From assembly GCF_009914755.1 (NCBI RefSeq), contig NC_060930.1: DNA of 64,000 nt; one strand, 5' to 3'. Shown piece by piece: positions 55,249 through 64,000 of this stretch. The notes beneath the pieces are model-generated. The model saw nothing but the letters and a program-made list of their open reading frames with translations, ran no database searches and was not told where the DNA came from. Position 1 is the first letter of the stretch. The number at the start of each line of letters is the position of its first letter. Both the position numbers and the translations under genes were made by a program. The stretch comes from the human T2T-CHM13v2.0 reference genome, Homo sapiens.

Positions 55249-56300
55249 CCCTGGTTGAATAGTACAAAATTGAGTAACTGGTTATTTGTGCCAAATGGCC
55301 AATCTGATCAATTATTATTCTGGAAACATAGTTTAAGTGAAATCAATCTAGTGGCTCTTCTAGTGGTGAAGAGAGGGGTCCAGGAGTTAACACTATATTT
55401 GTAGAGGTTTGGCTAACAGATATGATGTTTGAGGCCTAGCAGTGAGACTAAAAATTAATATTATCATCTGCACCAAACGATGTCAACGTAGCTCTGCATA
55501 TGTGTGGTATTGATGAAGACTGTGTAGGGTCACCCACACACCTCTGTCTAGAAAATGGCAGGGAAGCATTCAGCCTACAAGGATTTCTTTGGCACAGCTT
55601 TACCTCATGCTCTAGAAACTGCCTTGATTACAAGCAAAAAGCCCTAAAGCATTTCACTTAATTTTATTTTTAGCATGTTGCTTTCATGTTTATATTCTTC
55701 AGCACCTGATTATAGTGATAATAGCCTCAACACAGTTAGCTGACAAAAGAGACATAGAGTAGAAAATTATAGTTTCTAACAAGCCATATATTATTCAATT
55801 TCTACCTCATAATTTTCTCATTCAAACAACTAAACTTAAGAATAAACATGTCTATTATTTTATTAGAATCAGGAAATATAATGAATTGCCACTACTGAGT
55901 GAACTGACCAGGTACTATCAAAATGAAACATTAATCCCATAATTTTGCAATGTAATGTTTTCCAGTTTCAAAGGGGATCTTTGCAGCTTCTTCTCTGAGG
56001 AAAACACATGGATACTCGGGGTGCTTATGAGTTGTAGGAAGAGATGGATTGTCATTGTTGGCAAGACTGAGGGTTAGAATAAACATTTTAACAAATTGCA
56101 ATTGAATTCAACATATATAGAAGTGTACCTTAGAGCATAAATATTTTTTACACCAGAATCAGAAAATATAAGAATGTAGATATGATCTTATTCATTTTAT
56201 AATAATAAGATGAAGAAGAAGAATGAGGAATAGGAGGAAAAGGATGAAGTCAAGGAGGCTGGGGAAGAGAGAGAGGAAGAGCAACATATTAATCAGATGG

Positions 56301-56765
56301 TGTCACAGACTAAGCCAATTTGTTCAGGATTCCCTGCATCCATATCCTTAGATAGTTTCCACCACACTGACTCTGAGATTTGCCATGTGATTTGCCTTAG
56401 CTAAAACATCATGAAAAGAAGCAGAGATTAGAAAAGTGCTTGTGTATTGGAGCTCTCCTTTTCTTCTTACTGGAAACCCTTATGCCACCTGGTGAAGAAG
56501 GCTAGGCTAGCTTTCTGAAGGATGAGAGGTAACGTGAAGAAAGGCTCCAGTCATCCCTGCTCTCCCTGCCATCATGTCCGAGCACCCAAACATAACAGTG
56601 AGGATTGAATCTCCAGATATCCTAAGCCATCCTGTCCCAGTCAAGCTGGTGCAGTCAGAAAAATCACCTGGCCAACCCCAGAATCTGGAGAAATAGATAA
56701 TAAATCGCTGCTTTATGCTAGTAAGTATTGCGGTGGTTTGTTTTGTGCAAAAGCTAACAAATACA
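56301..56765 (+). mobile_element. MLT1H-like MaLR solo LTR
   Basis: tgactctgagatttgccatgtgatttgcctt, agaagcagagattagaaaagtgcttg, aataaa...ggtggtttgtt...gctaacaaataca. Confidence 0.75.
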
Positions 56766-57187
56766 GAGGGGACCAGTCAGCATGGTACATGAGAGATATA
56801 TTTCAGGAGCGTACTTCAGCAGCCTCTCTCCAGCCCTGCCTAGAGGGGGAGTTCTTGGGTCCATGTGTGATCTGAATGTTTCTTGGAGCAGGTGTAGCCT
56901 TAGTTGGAGGTGAATATATCCGAATGTCATATCTGGTGTCACTACAGTTTGAATTGCCCATTTAAATCTTTGCTCAGAGTCCATGCTCACCAATTCAACT
57001 GCATTGGAGTTCAGCTCCTAGACAGAAATCTACTAACATGGAGGGGATTTCTTATTCTTATTAATATGAATATTTGACACTGCAGGTTAATTAGTAGTGT
57101 AAGCAAAGCAACTAATATAATGTAACCAAATTTCTTATGAGCTTAGCTAGAGGGCTATACTTTGAGAAATAAATCACCTGTGAGAGT

Positions 57188-57606
57188 TGTGGTGGCCAAG
57201 AGAATACAGACCAGCAACTACAGATGTAATTGACCAAAGACTTCAGTTGCTGTGCTCTAAAATCCTATTGCTTCCAAGGCTATGCTACCCAAAAGCTTCT
57301 CCCAGCTGATAACCAAATGTAGTTAAATGCTAACACAGATCCATTCCTGGCCACACAGGATTCCTCTAACTATGCCTCTGGGGATTCCTTAATAGCACTG
57401 CTGAACTTACCTTATAACTTCATTGCACCAGGGCAATCCGTAAGGATTCCACCGCTCTTTCCTCGAGGTCAGACATTGTAGGGTGAGGGGTCTCCAGCCT
57501 TCCTTGGCTCCTTCTTTTTTTGTCACAAGAAGATTTTCCTAACATAACTCTTATATGTTCAATCCCATTATTACATCTGCTTCTTGGAGGACCCAAACTA
57601 ATATAT
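57188..57606 (+). mobile_element. LTR16B-like ERVL LTR
   Basis: Start tgtggtggccaagag; end catctgcttcttggaggacccaaactaatata. Confidence 0.6.
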
Positions 57607-58564
57607 AGGCTGCTGATAAAATCAAGTTCCTAAGATCACAAGGCTGAGAGCTTTGGTAAATCCATTTATGATAATGATAGTTGAGCCTATCCCATTCAAC
57701 ATACTTTATACTATGTATGATTAAATTGGACTGCTTGTTACTCTTTTACTTTAAAGTGGTTAGAGAATGGTTAAACATGAAACTGATTACTGACGACCAA
57801 AAAGGATAGCAATGAGTATTTTTAAGAAAATAAATTGTATGTTGCCCAATTTTTTCAATACTTTACTTAATAAGAAAATAACAAAGACTCATGAAGATGG
57901 GCAAACACAAACCATATTTTGAGCCAGAGATTGGAACAAATTGGCTGACACAGAGAAATTGTGGCAATAATGAAAAGACTAGTGCATTCATGTGTGTAGT
58001 AGGGTATGAGAGAGAGAGAATATGGGCAATCACAGGCCATGTAAGAGTGCTCTAGTAGAAAATATATGGTATGAATGGGAAAGGTAGAAACAAATGAAGT
58101 TTCTAGGTGCAGAAATAGCTAGACGTATAATGACTCATTAGCCAGAGAAAAAGAGGAATGAAAAAAAAAAATTGAAGGTGGAGCATTCATATTTGATTCG
58201 AATAACCTTACGTTTAAAATGTCAGAGAGACCTTCAGGCTTATCTTAGAAATTCAGATCTGGGTTAAAGGAGTATATTTGAGTGTCAACTACACATACTT
58301 GTGATAACTGAAGGATGAAGACTGTAAGAAAACAGTAAAATTATGTATAGAGACAGAACTTTTCTAATCATAATTTTAATGCAAATTTATATCACAGAAA
58401 ATAGTTGATTTATCATTTGCAATATCTTTATCATTAAATGTTAAATTACCCAGATTTTTAATAAATTCTGGTTTTCCTGATTAGACAATCAAAACATATG
58501 TGCCACATTATTTATAGCAATGAGGCACCTAAATGCTTAAAAAAAATATGGAACAAAACTTTTC

Positions 58565-58855
58565 TTTTTTTTTTTTTTTTTTTTGAGATGGAGTCTCACT
58601 CTATCGCTCAGGCTGGAGTGCAGTGGCATGATCTCGGCTCACTGCAACCTCTGCGGCCCGGGTTCAAGCGATTATCCTGCTTCAGCCTCTTGAGATTACC
58701 GGTGCCCACCACCACGCCTGGGTAATTTTTGTATTTTTAGTAGAGACGGGGTTCCACCATCTTGGCCAGGCTGGTCTTGAACTCCTGACCTGGTGATCCA
58801 CCCGCCTCGGCCTCCCAAAGTGCTGGGAATATAGGCGTGAGTCACCGCGCCTGGC
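58565..58855 (-). mobile_element. AluSg-like
   Basis: Reverse Alu with an ~8-nt internal deletion; degraded TSD around aaaac(t/a)tttt. Confidence 0.93.
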
Positions 58856-58944
58856 GGAAAACATTTTTTAAAACGTCCAAATCTAGGGATAGCTGAACTC
58901 TTAAATACTGTCTAGACTGAACATATTCTGTGCATTATAATTTT

Positions 58945-60411
58945 TGCTATTAAAATTTTTATCTTCAATTATTATGGGTATATAATATGTATATATTTTT
59001 ATAGAGTAAATGTGATGTTTTGATATAGGTATATGATTTGTAATAATCACATCAGGATAATTGGGGTATCTATCACCTCAAGCATCTGTCATTTCTTTGT
59101 GTTAGGAACATTCCAGTTCCACTCTTTTAGTGATTTTAAATTATACAATAAATTATCGTTGACTATATTCACTTCATTGTGCTACCAAATACTAGATCTT
59201 ACTCATTCTATCTAACTATATTTTTGCACCCATTAACCATCCCAACTTCCCCCCCTCCTTCCCACTATTCTTCCTGGTCTCTGGTAACCATCATTCTACT
59301 CTATCTCCATGAGTTCAATTTTTTTAATTTTTAGCTCTCACATATGAGTGAGGACATGTAAAATTTGTATTTCTGTGCCAGGCTTATTTTGCTTAACCTG
59401 ACGACAGTTTCCATCTACGTTGTTGCAAATGACAGGATTTTATTCTTTTTATGGCAGAATAATATTCCATCCTGTATACCAACCACATTTTCTTTTTTCA
59501 TTCATCCACTGATGGATGCTTAGGCTGATTCCAAACATTGGCTATTGAGAAGGGTGCTGCGATAAACATGGGCGTGCAGATATCTCTTTGATATACTGGT
59601 TTGCTTTTTTTTTTTTCTTTTGGATATGTATACCTAACAGTGGAACTGCTAGATCATATGGCAGTTCTATTTTTAGTGTTTTGAGGAACCTCCATACTGT
59701 TCTCCATAGTGCTGGTACAAATTTACATTCCCACCAAACAGTGTATGAGGGTTTCCCTTTCTCCAATTCCTTGCCAGCATTGCTTGTCTTTTGGAGAAAA
59801 GCCATTTTGACTGGGGTGAGTTGATATCTCATTGCAGTTTTGATTTGCATTTCTCCGATGATTAATAATGTTGAGCATTTTTTTCACATACCTGTTGACA
59901 ATTTGTATGTCTTCTTTTGAGAAATGCTTATTCAGATCTTTTGACCATTTTAAACTCAGATTATCTGCTTTTTTCCTATTGAGTTGTTTGAGCTCCTTAT
60001 ATATTCTGGTTATTAATCCCTTATCAGATAGGTAATTTGCAAATATTTTCTTCCATTCTGTGTATTGTCTCTTCACTTTGTTGATTGTTTCATTTGCTGT
60101 GCAGAAGCCTTTTAGCTTTCTGTGATCTCATTTATCCATTTTTGTTTTAGTTGCCTGTGCTTTTTGAAGTATTACTCAAGAAATCTTTCCCCAAACTGAT
60201 GTCATAGACAGTTTCCTCAATGTTTTCTTTTAGTAGTTTCATAGTTTGAGGTCTTACATTTAAGTCTTCTATCTATTTTGATTTTATTTTTGTATATGGT
60301 TAGAGACAGGAGTCCAGATTCATTCTTCCTTATATGGTTATCCAGTTTTCCCAGCAACATTTATTAAAGAGACTGTCTTTTCCCTAATGTATGTTCTTGG
60401 TACCTTTGTTC
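58945..60411 (-). mobile_element. 5'-truncated L1MA (L1MA3-like)
   Basis: Minus-strand ORF2 C-terminal remnants ([17 protein letters not shown]; [23 protein letters not shown]); L1MA-type 3'UTR; tgtgcatt on both flanks. Confidence 0.88.
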
Positions 60412-61063
60412 TTGTGCATTGTTTTTAGAACATATACAATTTTCTAAACCCTCAAAGTTTTATATTATAGTGCTTTTTTCCAGTCCTTGCTTAAGCATTA
60501 AGTCTAACTTTGAATTAATCTTCATTCATTAGTACAGGAGTCTAGCTGAAACTAGAACATCCTGTTGATGTTTATTTGTTGCATGTGTTGCTGATGCTTC
60601 AGTTATATAAAACTTTACAGATTTGAGTAAACAAATTATTCCAAGTTTAGCTTGGAAACATTATCATCAGAAATATACTACATATTAGTTCACTTGAATA
60701 GTATTGAGTTCTAAGATTTGGGAGTCATACAACACATATGAATGAGTGGTTATAGTTTTATAGCATTTATAAATTTTATGCTCAACTTGCTAACATAGAT
60801 ATTCATTAAAAAGTAAAAATATGAGTTCATAAATGGTAATGAGATAATTTATACATACATAATATTATTTTAGTATTGTTTTATTACTTTAGTATTAAAA
60901 CATCCTGGAGAGATAAAGAGTTAGAGATAGACAAATATTTACCTAAGTATGTGAATAAGGACAAAAGAGACAAAGGAAGGTAAAGCTATGGCAATTTAGA
61001 ATGAATGGAAAAATTAATTTTTAGTGGAAAATTTAATTTCCAGTCATTAAAAATCAATACATA

Positions 61064-61361
<298 letters not shown>

Positions 61362-61779
61362 TCAATACATAATAAAAGAAAAATTGACATATGTATTCCA
61401 TTTTTCTGGAAAACTAGAATAGTACAAAATTTAAATAATCCCTAGGCCTACCCGTATTATGAAGATAATGCTCCACTTGTCAAAAAAATGTAAGTTATAT
61501 CTAGGGATAAACCTTAATGGTATGTTAGATAGAATTACAAATTACCGGGATTCCACACTTCAAATAGTAAAGAATGCTTTACTGTTTTGGCATATACCTG
61601 CAGTAAATAAAATATCCACACTCAAAGAAAATTCCTCTTACAAGATGAATTATAAAGTAGCTTTAAAAATGATGATTAGTTTAATCTATGGCTTTGATTT
61701 CAGACAGAAAAGACTAAAATTAGAGTGAACCTTTAAAGAATCTACTGGGGCTTAAATAGCACATGCGTATCATATATAG

Positions 61780-62094
<315 letters not shown>

Positions 62095-64000
62095 TAATTG
62101 ATCTGGATTTTATATTTATTTTCCTGTAATGTCCAAATAATTCGCTTTTTTGCTACCAAAATAAATTTTAAAACCTTGTTATTTGAAGTAATAGCAAAGA
62201 TATTCACAATAATTTTACATGTTCCTTTTGTCCAAGGTAAGGCCAATTCCCCCTATGAAATAATTTCCATGAAATTCATGACTGCTCCTTTTTGCCTCTC
62301 TGACAAGGCCCTCCCATCGTGACACCATATGGTGTAAACAGTATACACAAAAGCTCAGAGCAGACAGATGTTTGGATGTTCCCAGAAAGGACTTAGCTCA
62401 TAGTCTGCATATTTAATGTATATGCATAATTCCCCAGTTACGTACACTCATGTCCATCTGTTATGATGGCATTTTGCCCAAATACAAATTGGGAAGATTA
62501 TTTCACTTGCATATGGATGCCAGGTAATGACAGGTGTAGACAGGCTACCTGGTGGTGCAGTGAGGGACCATTTTCCTGCCAAATTCCTTCTTCTGAGGAT
62601 ACAATGGACGCTGGTGCTGCACATTTAAAACTGTGTTTATAGCCACTGGTAACATGTGAACATATACTCAGCTCTGGCAATGCCAAGACTTTCAGAAATC
62701 ATCGGAAATGATACGTAGGGAAATGATATGTAGTCTTTAGCCTTTCTGGGCCATGACAAAGAGAACTGGAATTTTCTCAGCTCCTACAAACAGATTAGGG
62801 CGCTTTTACCGGAATAGTAAAGAAGGTGTGGGAAGTGTTGGGTCCTGCACAATATCAGACTTGCAACTAAGTTGGAATGGGTAGGAAGCTATTTCAGAAA
62901 ACAACTAGCGCTGTGGTGGATGTTATTTAGCAAAACAGAACATGCTATTAAATAACATCTCTTAGCCAACACAGGGTGAGTTTTAATCAGCCCAGGCTCA
63001 GAACCAGAAAAAACGCATTATTAAAATGTAGTCAAAGAGCAGTCAATTAAGATTTATTAAGCATCTGCTTGGTGCATGGCTCTGCATAAGTTTTGTATAA
63101 AGGCTTTATAAAACTTATTCATCAAGGAAGATTGGATATCACAAAGTCAAAATGTTGTTGGCTTTGTATCTTAAATGGTGAGTGACTGTAAATGTCTGTA
63201 CCTAAACAATGTTTTATCTTATTTTCCCATTACTAAGGTCACATTGCCCATTACTCATCATCAGAGAATAAGATAGTACCAATACAGACAGTATGTAGAC
63301 ATTTTGCAGGAAGATTGGAAAGGCTTATTTTCTATCTTGTTTTATTTGATTTTATTTAACTTTGGCCACACAAGGTTTTAAGGCCTCAGACATTGTGAAT
63401 GAGCAACAAAAAACTTACGTACTTGGTGTTATGCTTTTATCCATCCTACCCTAGAAAATCAATCACTCTTCAGGTTAAATTCAGGATAGTAGATAAATGT
63501 TTAGATAATATTAAACGACAGATTTGACTTGTAATTCTGAAAGTAACAAGTTCCATTTGTCTAGGTAAAGTCAAAACAACTACTTTTTTCAATAAATTTT
63601 CTTGGCAAATTATTGTACACATGATATACGAGCTTTATTTCATTTAAAGTCAAAATAGGCGTTGATTTAATACTTCAGCAAGTTATCCACCTTTATTTAA
63701 AAGTATATAAAATGAACTCTTTGTTAACACAGAATTGATAGTTCTCAGTATGATCTCTTGGGCCCAAATTCTTAACAAAGAAACTATAATGATAAAGAAA
63801 CACTGAGAGAAAAGTGTACACATTCTATGCATAAAAGAGGTTGATAGGATATAGGTCCCGTGGGTGATATTTTACCAATAACCTAGGAATTCTAGGCCTT
63901 CCTCTGGACGTGGAAAATTTATATATTCAAGACAGGGATGCATTTAACCTGTTAGATGTTTTTAAGTTCCTGAAGGAGTTTTGCTAAATAAATCGTCCTT

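Overview
This is primate (human-like) AT-rich intronic DNA inside KHDRBS2 (SLM-1, a STAR/KH-domain RNA-binding protein), which is transcribed on the minus strand. Two coding exons are present, and the ORF track missed both: 53953-54080 (128 nt, DYNDEIRQEQ...APSR) and 47344-47542 (199 nt, GRGGAIPPPPPP...AYEEY), each with canonical AG/GT splice sites. The rest is intron, dominated by transposon relics. The largest is a nested stack at about 12.4-26.8 kb: an old L1M split by a near-full-length L1PA13-like element (itself carrying a complete THE1 provirus) and by an internally deleted, ORF1-only L1PA7/8-like element. There is also a twin-primed 5'-inverted L1PA, an L1MA, seven Alus, MaLR/ERVL/ERV1 LTRs, hAT DNA transposons, MIR/L2 fragments and microsatellites. 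I found no new protein-coding system, CRISPR array or RNA gene; nearly all ORF-track entries are repeat shadows. The best leads are hypotheses: a candidate intronic poly(A) site inside a STAR-binding motif cluster just after exon 5, the TSD-flanked ORF1-only L1, a phase-0 exon 5+6 module, and gene-sense THE1 LTRs with intact DUX4 motifs. Repeat subfamily names and exon numbers are from memory, not from a search.
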